A stretch of 63,737 nt of DNA, counting the filler, from Dicyema japonicum (taxonomy: Eukaryota; Animalia; Dicyemida): assembly GCA_011109175.1 (NCBI GenBank). It is 7 parts of 7 records of this genome, joined end to end, with 100 filler letters (N's around TTAATTAATTAA, not from the genome) between each part and the next. Parts side by side here need not be neighbours in the genome. Positions count along the whole stretch, not along the records: positions 35,574 to 53,899 come from RDEW01000147.1; 6 more parts are not named here. The stretch is one strand, 5' to 3'. Below, in pieces: positions 39,086-51,393 of the stretch. Position 1 is the first letter of the stretch, and each line of letters opens with the position of its first letter. The notes beneath the pieces were generated by a model. It searched no databases, was not told the origin of the DNA, and worked only from the letters and a program-made list of their open reading frames with translations. The position numbers and the translations under genes were made by a program.

Positions 39086-40639
39086 GATTATATACTACAG
39101 AGTTTCTCAACCTATTGCTTGTATAATTTATCGACCCCATAATAACTATAGTAATGTTATAATTTATTAAAAAATTGTTAATGAGACCCTTGACATTGGT
39201 GAAGGTTTACCAGATGCTTTATATTTGGGATTCTTTTAGTTTCCCATAATTTCGTGAATAGTAGTTTGATAATATTAGACCCCCAAAAGTGAGAAATTGA
39301 TTCGTTTTTAAATAGAGTCAAGTTTTTGGTCATTTTAATTTAATTAGTTATTGTATTTAATCTTCCTGATGATAACCACGGATTTATCGTCACATCGACA
39401 ATACTCCAATTAATTAATGCTATATTATCTGTACCTCACATAAGCCATTAAAACAGATTGATTATCAAATAACTGATTCATCAAGTTGTGGTGAAAATTT
39501 TGTTTTTCCGGGGAAATAAATTATGAATGTTCGAGATTTTTTTTGCGGAACTATACTATTTTATAGTCGATGCCGAAATGCGGAGACAATTTCTCTGCTC
39601 AAATTACAATGGATTCGATCAAATTAGAACCAATAAGAACAAAAACCAACATGAAGGAATTTATAGTTTTAATTTTGATCTGTTATTTGGGGGACAATAA
39701 GGGAGAAGGACCTAATGAAAAGATCATATCCGTTCTACAAAATATAATCTTGGATTAATGAAAACTTTTTAGGCATTGTAACCCCAAAATTAATTGAAAA
39801 TATCGAAGGAAACTAAGAGTGACCATGCATTTAGTCCTTAACGATGACTTTTTGAAGATAAAGATGAAATTGTTGACTCAGTAAAAACCAATAACTCCTC
39901 GTAAGAAAGATAGAGCAGTCATGAGATTAGATTTCCCCGTTAGTTGATGTTTCTTTCCTCCAATTCGCGTGGTATCATGTAGTTTCCATATCTTAGGTGA
40001 TGTCCAATGCCTGGGTGCTACCAAAAGTAACTTTCCCACTTCAATAGGTCTCCCATTAAGGGATTTCCAGAACTGAAAAGAACTGGAAGTTCTCAACGGT
40101 GATTATGGGTGATTCGTCTCTCTTGAACTTGCGACCGTTGGAGCTGATTAGTCGTTGATCTATTCACTTAATCTTACGGCGATGTACGGAATAAATAAGC
40201 TAATATACGAAAATTGAATCCCAGGTAAATGACCAAAGTTGGAGACATTCAGGACTGAGTAAAGAATGGAAATTGGAGGAACATAACAGAAATTGTATGT
40301 CTTAAGCTAAAAGGAGAATGTAACTTAATTGCGTAAGACATAACCTCTCTAGAACAGCTTGACTGCAATTGTGATCTTTAGAATGAATCCTCTAAGCATA
40401 AATGGAGATCGGTTCATAGATAACCAAACTGAGGTTAAGATGAATTTTAGGAATAGCAACCATTAACCAATATGTTTACAGAGTTTTAAATTATAACTAC
40501 ACATTTACACCAACCAAAGGAGAATTTTCAAAATTCAAGTAGAAAACATCATCCAAAAAAGTGCTTTATTAATTTACACTAAGATAATTGGATATATAGC
40601 ACGTCGTGTGTGTATATCAGAGATCTCGTACTTGGTGTA

Positions 40640-42595
40640 GTCGGAGACGGAAACCGGCCACTAGAACATTAAACAATAGAAAGCTCAAAATTGATCCTTG
40701 TGGAACTCCTCTCTTCAATAATATCAAATTCGAAAAATAGCGTCCCCATCCAACATAGGATTTTCTTTAATCTAGGTACACTTTCACCCAATTCACTAGT
40801 TCCTTTGGGTTTCCCGTCCGAGATAACTCGTTAACACTGTCAAATGCTTTTGATATATCGAGACATGTGACATTCAGGAGACATTTGGATTCTCTGGCTT
40901 TGCATAACTCAGAGTTGAGATGAAATAAGGAATCACCGCATGATTGTCCTGGGCGAAAACCAAATTGCTCATTTCTGAAGTAGTGTTCTTTTTCCAGCTG
41001 ATTTGTAAGCCTCCAAAAGACAATTTTTTCCATAATTTTTGAAATTGACCGAATCAAGCTGATTGGACGGTAGCTAGCAGGATCATTCTTCGGTCTTCCT
41101 GTCTTCACTACCATCCGTACAATAGTCTTCTTCCATTCGTGTGGAATATGACCAATTGTGATGCATGCGTTGAACATATCTTTGAGAAATTCAAATAAAA
41201 TTTCTAGGCTTTCTGTTAACATCCTAGCTTTGATGAAATCACTGCCCGGAGCTTTATTCTTGACAGTTCATATTGAGATCTCTATAAATGCTGCTTTCTT
41301 TGACAAATGGTTCGTAACAAGTCTTCTCCGCAAAGACATCATCGTCCACTTTAAATATCTTTTTAAGTTGTGTCTAAAAAAAACTAGAGGTATTTCTTCT
41401 TCAGCATAGTAGGTACCATCCGGTTTCTTGAGCACAATCTTGTTTGCGATTGACTCTGGGTTCCTCATTCTTCGGTGTACCTACCAGAAATAGGGATTGT
41501 GTTTGTTTAGCTTCCTTAGTTGAGAGTTCCACTTATTCTCATTCCAACTTTTGAATTGTTCCGACAACTGCTTTTGTAGTTCGTCGCTTTTGTGAGACAA
41601 AGCTAAGCGGTCGTGTGGATCTACGTATCTCCTCAGTTTAGTCCTTAGATTATTTCTTTTCAATACAGTCTTCTTGATGTGCCATAGAATAGGGACAACA
41701 TTATCGTTTCTTGAGTATATTTTTCTAGCAAAGTTACCCAGATAGATTAATATCAGATCCGTTACTCGTTTAATCAATTTCCAGACGAGTCTTGGGCTCA
41801 GTATGCACTAACATCGATTCCTTTACAATGATCATCCTATAGTGATTCCAGTTTAGATTCTTGGTATCGTAACCGACAAAAACTCTAGGTTCATTAATCA
41901 TTTTCATATCCACGAATATTAGCAAAGCAATGTGGTCACTACCAATATCCGAAAGAGTACTTGGTACGTCGGCGTATTCTGAAATAGCAGGGGAAATCAA
42001 GAAGACACCAAGCTTGTCATTTTCGTAGGGAGAGATATGGTTATCCTCTTTCGAACTTTACTTGTAGGCCTTTAGATAGCTTCATCAGGAGCTTGCCATC
42101 CATGTTACTCTTCTTGCAGCCAAAGGATGTGCTCTTGGAGTTGAGATCACCTCCCAGTATGGCCATCGGGTTTTCACTGAAGAACTGGAAGATATCTCCG
42201 GTACATTCCCTCAAGGATTTGGAATACATACCGCCAATTGCGAGCCATCCGTCGACACAACGAACATCAATGGCGACAAACTCACAACAAATTGATGAAA
42301 CAATTCTAAGATTTCTTGTTTTTAGATTACACCCTGGTACATTCCCTCAAGGATTTGGAATACATACCGCCAATTGCGAGCCAACCGTCGACACAACGAA
42401 CATCAATGGCGACAAACTCACAACAAATTGATGAAACAATTCTCGGATTCCTTGTCTTTAGATGACACCGACAAAAAATTGATGTCCCAGTCCCTGGTAT
42501 AGCCCCTTCTTTCCAATATAAAGATATCGATTCGAAACCCGGGAGTACCGTATTCTCACTTAACTTCATTTTCGTTTCTTTGACAAATATTGTGA
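40640..42595 (-). mobile_element. Jockey/I-group LINE remnant (APE and N-terminal RT) with an internal 136-bp tandem duplication (42200-42469)
   Basis: GGDLNSK, GSDH, YRPISL, QFGFRPG, LDISKAFDSV, GVPQGSILS. Confidence 0.85.
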
Positions 42596-42626
42596 CCGGC
42601 CGTTAAAGCCGTTAGAAATCAATAAT

Positions 42627-42953
42627 AAATAATAATAAAGCCTTTTCACGATAGCCATAGTATTTTATAGCTCCGCATAGGCAGGACACACACTTTATTT
42701 AAGTAAAGAACAGTTAATTTTAACTAATCGTAGAACCAAGGAATGATCTTCACTTTTTTTTTCTTTTTCTTGTGTGAGTGTCCTTTCTAGACAATCCAGT
42801 TCCGCAGTGAGTATTCACTGATGACGGCGTCATTCATCAAACCATTTCTGCATCGTAGATGCGTGGAACCCTCCACCAGGTGAACAGCAGCGAGATTCGA
42901 ACCCGTAGCCTAAGCCACTTAAGCCCGACACCTAACCACTAAGCCACCCGGCT
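42627..42953 (-). mobile_element. Full-length tRNA-derived SINE with 11-bp TSD
   Basis: A box TGGCTTAGTGG, B box GGTTCGAATC, (TTA)n tail; AAATCAATAAT at 42616-42626 and 42954-42964. Confidence 0.85.
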
Positions 42954-43067
42954 AAATCAATAATTTTTTAATGAAAAATAAATCAATAAATTAATTAATT
43001 CCTATCTTTATAATTAGTAATTTTAATAATTTTATTTCTCACAAATTTTCATTTTTTTAACGGCTAA

Positions 43068-43327
43068 CTCCGCATAGGCAGGACACACTTTATTTAAGTA
43101 AAGGACAGTTTATTTTAACTAATCGTAGAACCAAGGAATGATCTTCATTTCTATTTTATTTTTCTTGTGTGTGGGTCCTTTTTTTATTATCCAGCTCCGC
43201 AGTGAGAGTCCACTGATGACGGAGTCACTCTTCAAGCCTTTTAGCATCGTAGATGAGTGGAACCTTCCACCAGGTGAACAGCAACGAGAATTGAATTCGT
43301 AACCTAAGTCACTTTAGCTCGACACCT
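43068..43327 (-). mobile_element. Second copy of the same SINE, truncated
   Basis: Colinear with 42670-42932 (ctccgcataggcaggacacac, ctgatgacgg, ccaccaggtgaacagc). Confidence 0.85.
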
Positions 43328-43509
43328 AGAGTAGTAATAGATTTTTGTTCACGCTTGTTTTTGCTTTTTGTTATGAAGGTTGTCTATTTTACTCTGTTAC
43401 AAAAGCAAGAAATAATAACCTTATCTGAGATACCAAATTTTTCCATCCAATTTGCTGAAGGAGAGACGAAATTTCATAAGAACTGCGTCATTATTCAGAC
43501 TAAAANTTC

Positions 43510-44180
43510 TTCATATCAAAAACGTTTTTCTTATTCCATATTGACGGCAGAGATGTAGGTGTAAACATCTGATCACTTCATTATGCTGCCTGAGATATGA
43601 GGTATTCAACATTCTCCCACACCTAGTTGCTAGGTGATCGACGGTCTTCTTTGCTGAGTTACAATGTCGCACTTATCTCTGTTATCAAAAAATGTTACGA
43701 TCCTGGAGTAGACACAGCCTTCCCTCGGTTATAGAGGAGTGATTTCCATGCACTAGCCATCCAGAGGATTCAGCAATATTCACTTCTGTGTCTTTTAAAC
43801 ACTGAAATAAAATAGAGTGCAGCGGTTTCTTCTCAATTTTTTACAATAGATATTCTGTATTTCCATCAATTTCGACAAGTCCTTCACAATTTCAATGTTG
43901 TACTTTCGGTAAATGAATTCTACGATAGTGGCCACGTGTGTTTTCTTTGAATTAATTACCCGTAGTGTTCCCGCTCTTCTTAGGGAATAATTTTCCTTAT
44001 GTTCCAATTACCATAAAATTGGAGGAGCATTCGTTTTGCTTTGCTACTGACAGTCTCGAGGCCTCTTCCAAATTTATTTCTTGGTAGATAAAGTCTTTCT
44101 TTGTTTGCCAATTAAAGTTTAGCCGTATCTTACATTTTGTGACAAGTTTCTGAATAAACTTGAAAATTCATCATGAAGAC
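43510..44180 (-). mobile_element. R4/Dong-like remnant, internally deleted
   Basis: SSGWLVHGN..EGRLCLLQDRNIF, HCNSAKKTVDHLATRC, HNEVIRCLHLHLCRQYG. Confidence 0.8.
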
Positions 44181-44444
44181 CAGAATTTTATTAAATTAAT
44201 TAAAATTATTCCAAAGACCAAGGGTAACCAAACTAACTAAATCCTTGATCCTGACTCGTTCCAGCGTTCCAGAACTTGTCTCCAGGTAACTACATTGTCC
44301 CCCGGGGAATAGTTGGATCCTCTTGATGTCGGCCAGGCATTGGGCGTTTTCTCAGTAAGGTATATCCATCGGAGGGAAGGAAAATAATTACTGATTGATT
44401 CTATTGGGAAAAAGCCACTTCACTCTATTTTGTTTAATAGTTAC

Positions 44445-44642
44445 GGAGATGCAAACGTTGATCTGGAGGGATCTTCGGAGTGGTTAACCAGTGGAAATAA
44501 TAGCCCAAGATTGGAGGGCATGTATTGTTTGCTTCAAGACAGGAATTTGTTTTTTGATACCAACAATTTAGTTTGAAGTCATTACAAGACTAAGAAATCA
44601 GTAGATCATTTACACATTGTAGCAGAATACTCAATAGTGATG
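44445..44642 (+). mobile_element. R4/Dong-like fragment
   Basis: VDLEGSSEWLTSGNNSPRLEGMYCLLQDRNLF, SVDHL. Confidence 0.75.
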
Positions 44643-45026
44643 AGGATAAAGGGTGTGTGTAACTGTGTAAAGAACCAAGAATCAGCCTAAAAAACCCAAT
44701 CTACCCTAAAAACACAGAGCCATTCATATTAAAGTTCAAGGATTAATACCTTCAGCAAAATGAGAGAACAAAAAACTAAATTCCTTTTATTTTCCACAGT
44801 TTTTATTAATCATATATTTCTTCCAAATGATCAATCCTTAAGAAAGAACAATCCACGTGGTTAATTTTATTAATTAGAAATCGCTAAGTAAATAAAATTT
44901 ACTATAATCAAAAAATTGGTGAGAAAAATGAGACGTATTATAACAGTCCAGTTTCTGTTCCTCTATATAAAAGTGGGGCTCTTCTAGGGGACAGGAGGTG
45001 TAATGAATGTAAGGATTTGGCTCATA

Positions 45027-45480
45027 TTATTCTCCAAGGTAGGGACAGTAGTTAGGGTTTTCACTTAAACATTGTTGATCAGGAAAACAGGGGATCAAGT
45101 CGAAAGTTTGGCTCTGGGCGAGATTATTCTCAATTTCTGTCCTTCTATGTGCTGAGAGTCTTTTAGCTAATTCGATTTTATTTTCACAAAGACTCAAATC
45201 AAGATTTCTCAGCACATTCTTGATGTCTGTGAGCTTCCAGTTCATCGTCAAGTCTCTCACGTATATAGTTTCAATTCCATTAGCATTCTCATCATTAAAA
45301 CCTTAAATGTATTAGGACTATGAAACTACTAATATTTTGCCGTTTCCGCTTCTTTGAATTACCAATGGAGGAATATTAGTATACTTTAGTGTCCTCCCGC
45401 TTTGTTTGTAAATATATTGCCTTATTGCGGACGAGTTTGCATTTTTCAGAGTCCATTTATGAGTGAATGAGCTCCACGTT
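45027..45480 (-). mobile_element. SAP-domain-coding fragment, possibly the C-terminus of a Penelope-like element
   Basis: WKLTDIKNVLRNLDLSLCENKIELAKRL fits the SAP consensus; upstream PPLVIQRSGNGKILVVS resembles the PLE thumb/linker. Confidence 0.45.
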
Positions 45481-45989
45481 GATCAACATTAAAATTTATA
45501 TTACAAATTTTGGCGATAATTTTGTGAACAAGTAGTCAAAATTAAATTTTTCCCAGTTAAATAAAAATTAAATATTATCACGATAAAAAGTAAAATTAAA
45601 TGATTTAATTCTAGAGGATTGATTCCTGAAATGCTGATGACAAAATAATTTTTACCGAGCATAACATTATTAAAAGTAGCTAAAGGAACATGAACTATTC
45701 CAGGATTCATTATCTACAGTTCTGGCTGTATCTAAGACTCTATTGGTTTATCTGTATTAAGCAGTCACTTGGCTAAAAGGCACACAATTTTTCTTATAAA
45801 TCTAACTCTCAAAATTTTCCAACACCGATGGACCTTTGACGAACTCAAAAAATGTCAATATGCTAAGGTTGCGTAATCAAACCAAGAGAACTTTGAAGGA
45901 TAATCGTTTTAAGAGGCCAGGTGGCAAGTAGAATCTCCACTCAATAGACGATAAATCAAATATCTTTGAGCTTTATTTTTTGCTGTTGG

Positions 45990-47000
45990 GAGCCTATTTT
46001 GAAGATTTGCTTCAAAACTTTCGTGCTGTCGTGTCTATGATCTGTCTTCCGAACTGAAACCAGTACAGCTCTGTGTGGGCGTCCGCGGCTGGTGCGAATC
46101 GGCCATTCATGTCCCTCATTCCTTTATGAATTATTGTAAAGAGGATAACCATGGGATTATTGTGAAGCTGGAACGCCTTCGATTCAGTGAGAAGGGAACA
46201 TCTTCTGAAAACTATTTTGAGGAAAGCCCCAAGAATTATTCACATTACGAACCTCGCATACAGAACTCCAACCAATCTCGTAATTAGTGATGGACTCATT
46301 AAATCATCGACTGAGATCCAACAAGGTGATCCTCTTGGTTCTCTTTTTTTGCTTTAAAAGTGGATGAGGCTGCCCGTTCTTGTGTGACGGCTTTCAATTG
46401 TTGGTATTTGGACGATGATAAAATCGGTGGCTCAACCGAGAAGGTCATGAAAGTCTTAGAATAATTCTTCCGATTCTTAACAGTTATGGACTCGATATTA
46501 ATGCTAGTAATCTGGGACTCTCGTATGACGAATCTTTAAATCATGATGCAGGATTATGTCTTTTCTTCCGACGTGTTATTACCGATTTGAAACATCTTAT
46601 AGTATTGGGCTCTCCGTTTCCAAAGAGATTATCTTTTGTATTCTATATTGAAAACTTTCGGAGATTAGTGGAGTCACTGTTAATCTTCTTGAACTTGATC
46701 CACTACTGCGTTTTTTCTATTCAAGAATTATCTTTTCCTTCCAACGCTTTTTTGACTTCAACATTCATATCGCCAAGTCTCTTGAAGAAATTGTGAATAT
46801 TAATTTCGATAAAATTGGATTAAAGCAAGTTTTTTTACTTTTGGAAGTTTCCTTACCATCCTTCATGCCCTCTTTATCTTACAACGCGTTTCTCATTTGG
46901 ACCATTCTTCCAGATTTCTGCAAGTCGGCCCTGGACGGCAAAATTGATGATAATTTGAAGAGCTGGTCGGTAAGATTCTTAGAGAGACCACTCAACCGTG
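45990..47000 (+). mobile_element. CRE-clade RT remnant
   Basis: PVQLCVGVRGWCESAIH, NAFDSVRR, IQQGDPLGSLF, FNCWYLDD. Confidence 0.82.
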
Positions 47001-47014
47001 ATGTAAACTCAAAT

Positions 47015-47390
47015 TATTATTATTAACCCAATAACACCAATAGTTAATTACTAAATTAATTAAGTGATCTCGAACTTGTGGGATCCAATGCAACTTATCT
47101 GAGGTGGTTTGGGGAATAGAAATTAAAAAGGGGTGATGTATACCCTTCTCATAAGACACGTCGTGGCTGTGAATTGTTTAGAAAGGATTGTAAATCCCTT
47201 TCTATTTTGTCGGATAAGGTCTTAATTAAAAGTGGCGTCATGTGGTCTACTAGTTATGAAAGCTCTGGAGGCGCTCATGGTGTACATAATGAAGCGCGAA
47301 AAAAGACCATAGCACCTTCCCATACGATGAAGGACTCTTCGGAAAACGGCATTTTCCCTTTCTTAATTTGGAAAGAAGGTCCTAATTCCT
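47015..47390 (-). mobile_element. GIT-family LINE 3' fragment, degraded
   Basis: KCIGS...GAGATCACTTAA, UTR ggtgttattgggt, (TAA)n tail. Confidence 0.55.
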
Positions 47391-47469
47391 CAACTATTAC
47401 ATTTAAATTAATAATTAAACCAAAATTTTTTATTAAACTTTAATATTTAAATTAATCTATTTTTTATCA

Positions 47470-48726
47470 ATGTGGATTATTGGAATTAACAAAGTCCTGA
47501 GACGAACGCTTACAGTCTACGAGAATACTCAGCCGATTCCTCCCTGGAACTACAAAAAATACGGATACAAGTGGATAAACTCATTGATCGACAAATCAGC
47601 CAAGCGGATCAACGAGAACAGCAAAGTCGTCATTGTTTGCGGCAATATTGGCATCGGAAAGGCCCAGTTCTCAGAGAAGCTAGCCAAAAAATTTAATCTT
47701 TGTTACTTTGAAGACGTAAATCACGACGAAGACGGTTTCAAGCTACCAAATGGTCTCGACCTCCGCCAGTTTGACGAACAGCTCCCGCATCATCTCCAAA
47801 CATACGCTCTTAAGGATTGGTTTACAGACATGAATCCTGGAATCAAGGCCTCAAAGATCCAAATGAACCTCTACGATCTGCGATTTCGTCAGTATGCTAA
47901 CGCCTTGGCCCATTTGTTCAACACAGGGCAGGGAGTCCTTATAGAGCGGTCCATTTGGACTGACAAAACAGTCGCCCATGCCCTCCATAGCTGCGGACTC
48001 ATCAGCTCGGATGGTAACTCTGTTTTGTGTATCCGAGCTATTAAATACTACAATCTTATCTCCGATCAGACTCTCTGCAGCATGTTGCATCCCCATCTCA
48101 CTATTTTCCTAGACTGCTCTCCTGAGTGCGCGTTGGAGTTCGCCAGGAAAAACAGACCGGTAAAGACCCTTTATATTGTTAGGAGGTTGAAGCTGGGAGT
48201 CCTCTTCTGAGTTTAGAACTTTTCCAGAGGATCCATACCAACTATTTGGAGACAACTCTGCCTCTTATGGAGTTAAATTTGGATGAACTCTTGTTTAGGA
48301 AGTATGGACAAGTTCTGAAGGTGGACTGGGTCGATTTGCTGGAGCAGGAGGATATGGACTTTGAGATAAAGATGGTTAGGGGATTATGAGACGACAGGTG
48401 GCCAGTGATGTGATGAAAATTGACCTGGATAGCTTTGACAACTCAGATCTGCACAAATTTAGGGATTGGAGGAACATGGACGAGGGTTTGCTGAAGGCTA
48501 ACCGATTATTGTACACGGATCCCAATTTTACACGACTTTCTCTGATAAAGGAGATACCCTGGGACTGTGAGGAGTTGAGGCCGAACGAATATGATTATGA
48601 TTTGTGGTATAATGTGATCAGTATGGTTGGTTTTTTTGTTGACTGCAGCATCCACAGTTTTGGAGATCTAAGAAATATTTGGAGTACCCGACCGGGCTGA
48701 AGTCGTTTTTTAGATGGGAAATGTAA
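47470..48726 (+). CDS. NDUFA10: NADH:ubiquinone oxidoreductase 42-kDa subunit (deoxynucleoside-kinase fold), 6 exons
   Basis: PPWNYKKY, KRINENSKVVIVCGNIGIGK, RFRQYANALAHLFNTGQGVLIERS, PHLTIFLD; introns 48014-48037, 48160-48182, 48272-48298, 48375-48397 and 48626-48648 give one open frame ending FFRWEM*. Confidence 0.93.
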
Positions 48727-49086
48727 TTTTGACTAATCGATCTAATTATTTAATAATTATTAACAGCTTTATTTTTACCACCATCTCTTCGACTCGTGGA
48801 ATGCTATAATTCACAAAAATCTTTATGGAATAACAACTTACGCAGATGTGGAGTTGATCACTTTTTTTGATGATAGATTAAGAGGGGGACTTTTTGTAGA
48901 GTTAATAGTTTTAAGTAGATTAATCGCCCGGATTTACACGAGTGTTGCACTATGATTATTAGGACGATTTTTGAATTTATAAATTAAAAATTTTGACCAT
49001 CTCTGACACATTTATAAAGAAGATTTTTTTAAATATGAAAAAGCTAATCGAAAACTTTATTGTATAGATTCGTGCTTCTCAAAGAA

Positions 49087-49240
49087 CCCCCGTCAAGTAG
49101 GACATACACGCAAGAAAACAAAAAAGTAAGACGATTCCTTGGTTCTCTTTCTAATTATAATAACTGTTCTTTACTTAAATAAAGTGTGTGTTCTGCCTAA
49201 GCGGAGCCATAGCTGATATGACTCTGCGGAAAGTGCAATA
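49087..49240 (+). mobile_element. 3' part of the same SINE family
   Basis: attccttggttct...taactgttctttacttaaataaagtgtgtg.tctgcct..gcggagc. Confidence 0.75.
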
Positions 49241-49469
49241 GTGCATATTTCAGGGCAAATGTTATTATATATTATTACACATACTCAAACGGTGTGCCGA
49301 GAGACCATGCCAGGTGTGCCAATACATTAATTTTTTAATTTTTTGTATATAAAAATTTTTATTCTATTTTAAAAATGTCAACCTATCATTTTAGTTACAA
49401 TTGATTTGTCGAAACTTGGTTTCTTTCTTATGGTTGATAACAAGTCTAAACTCATATTTTACGTGATAT

Positions 49470-50040
49470 AAATTCTTACTTGTCTCTGGGATTTTATTGT
49501 TGTAATAAAAAAAACAAATTCTAAAATGTCTTATTTGTGATGATACTTTATTGAACCATTCCATGGTACCAAGTGAATTGCTCCGCCACTTCAATACTAA
49601 ACATCCAGAAGTCAACGGTACACCAATTGAATATTTTAACAAGCAAAATAAAATGACGAGTGCCTTTGGAGAAACTATCAAATTATCCTATAACTATATT
49701 AAATATAGTTATATTGTTACATAATTAATTGCTTCTCAAGTTAAATCACATACATTTGGCGAAAATTTGATCATTCATGCCCGGAAAATGATTGCATTTT
49801 ATTCGGTGATAGTTTTGAAAAGCAAATATTTAAAATTCTATTGTCGGTTATCACCGTTTCTAAACGGATAGCTAATATGCCAGAAGACATTGAAAATAAT
49901 ATTTTTTTAATAGATGAATCTACTGATATTAAGGGAAATACTCAGTTATTAGTTTTTATTCGAATTGAATACACGGGATACATAATTGAACAATATCTTT
50001 TCTGTAAACCGCATACAGAGAAAACGTGTGGCCAGGACAT
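49470..50040 (+). mobile_element. hAT (Buster type) transposase remnant
   Basis: CLIC..LNHSMVPSELLRHFNTKH (BED-like), KSHTFGENLI, IDESTDI..QLLVFIR, YLFCK..KTCGQDI. Confidence 0.85.
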
Positions 50041-50835
50041 TTATTATTATTATTATTATAAGCAACTACATAGAATCATATAAACTATAATTCTATTCGT
50101 GCCGCGTCTGAACAATCCTCTTAATTAGCCTTTCCCATCCCCTCCTGTCCGATGCCAAGTGCCGCAGACTACTAATTATTATTATTATAAGCAACTACAT
50201 AGAATCATATAAACTATAATTCTATTCGTGCCGCGTCTGAACAATCCTCTTAATTAGCCTTTCCCATCCCCTCCTGTCCGATGCCAAGTGCCGCAGACTA
50301 CTAAGATCTTCACCGTCCTTTAGTTGTCTGGTTACTGATCTCAGGTCACCATTAAGGACTTCCGGAAGAGTTATTCTTGGACGACCTCTGAACTTCTCCC
50401 CTGACGTATCGAAGTATTCTTCCATGACGACGTTTGCTGGCGTGTCTTGTTCCAATCTGAGAATATGGCCAAACAATCTCCAGCGAGCCTTCATGATCAT
50501 GGTGCTCAGAGGTCCGGAACCGCATCTTCTATATAAATTTTCACTCCCTACACGCATTGGCCACTTTAGTCCCAAGAGAGACCGAAGTTGCCTTCTGTGA
50601 AAGGAGTCAAGGTTTTGTTCGTCCGTTTTCGAAATTCCCCACGTCCCAGAGTTGTATGTTAGTATGGGCCTCACGAACGCCTCATACAACCTGAGTCGGA
50701 GTGATGGCCCGACCGAGCATTTTCTTATCCAACATTTCATAAGTTTTTGCATAGTAACCGTAGATAACAATTTTCTTCTTGCAATGTCTTCGGAGTTTAT
50801 ATGATTCTATGTAGTTGCTTATAATAATAATAATA
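50041..50835 (-). mobile_element. Cluster of three young RTE 3' ends: about 135 bp (-), about 620 bp (-) and about 42 bp (+)
   Basis: Nearly identical to the 3' part of the 35.6-38.7 kb element; (TTA)n at 50041 and near 50176, (TAA)n at 50821. Confidence 0.92.
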
Positions 50836-51039
50836 TCAAAGTTAAACACTTAATTAATCGAGCCAACTATAAGTTATGGATGTGNACAACCTGAGTCGGA
50901 GTGATGGCCCGACCGAGCATTTTCTTATCCAACATTTCATAAGTTTTTGCATAGTAACCGTAGATAACAATTTTCTTCTTGCAATGTCTTCGGAGTTTAT
51001 ATGATTCTATGTAGTTGCTTATAATAATAATATCAAAGT

Positions 51040-51393
51040 TAAAAACTTAATTTATCGAGCCAACTATAAGTTATGGATGTGTAGCTTGGGGAACAAAACT
51101 TGCCAAAACAAACATGGATAAGATCAACTCCGCCTAATCCAATATGACCAAAACAATCTCTCGAATCACAGGACTACCAATAAGGGCAACTTCATTTGAG
51201 GTTCTTGTGAGGAATTCCGGCGGAATATTCACCCAAAATGGAAAACCACCACAAGAACGGTGTTATCGAAAATGTGTCGATTCCCGAGAGCAACACCGGG
51301 AAAAAATGAGAATATTGCTGAGAGATGCCGGGATCACCTGATGGCGTTTTCCTTTTAATTAGTTTCCCTGGTGATTTTTGGCTTATTAATAAT
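51040..51393 (+). mobile_element. GIT-family LINE 3' fragment
   Basis: FIEPTISYGCVAWG...EQHREKMRILLRDAGIT*, TAA tail. Confidence 0.8.

Noticed and set aside
50886-51082. Second copy of the inverted RTE junction region
   Set aside because: Starts right after a single N and duplicates 50686-50884 with a few differences; typical unmerged scaffold or haplotype overlap
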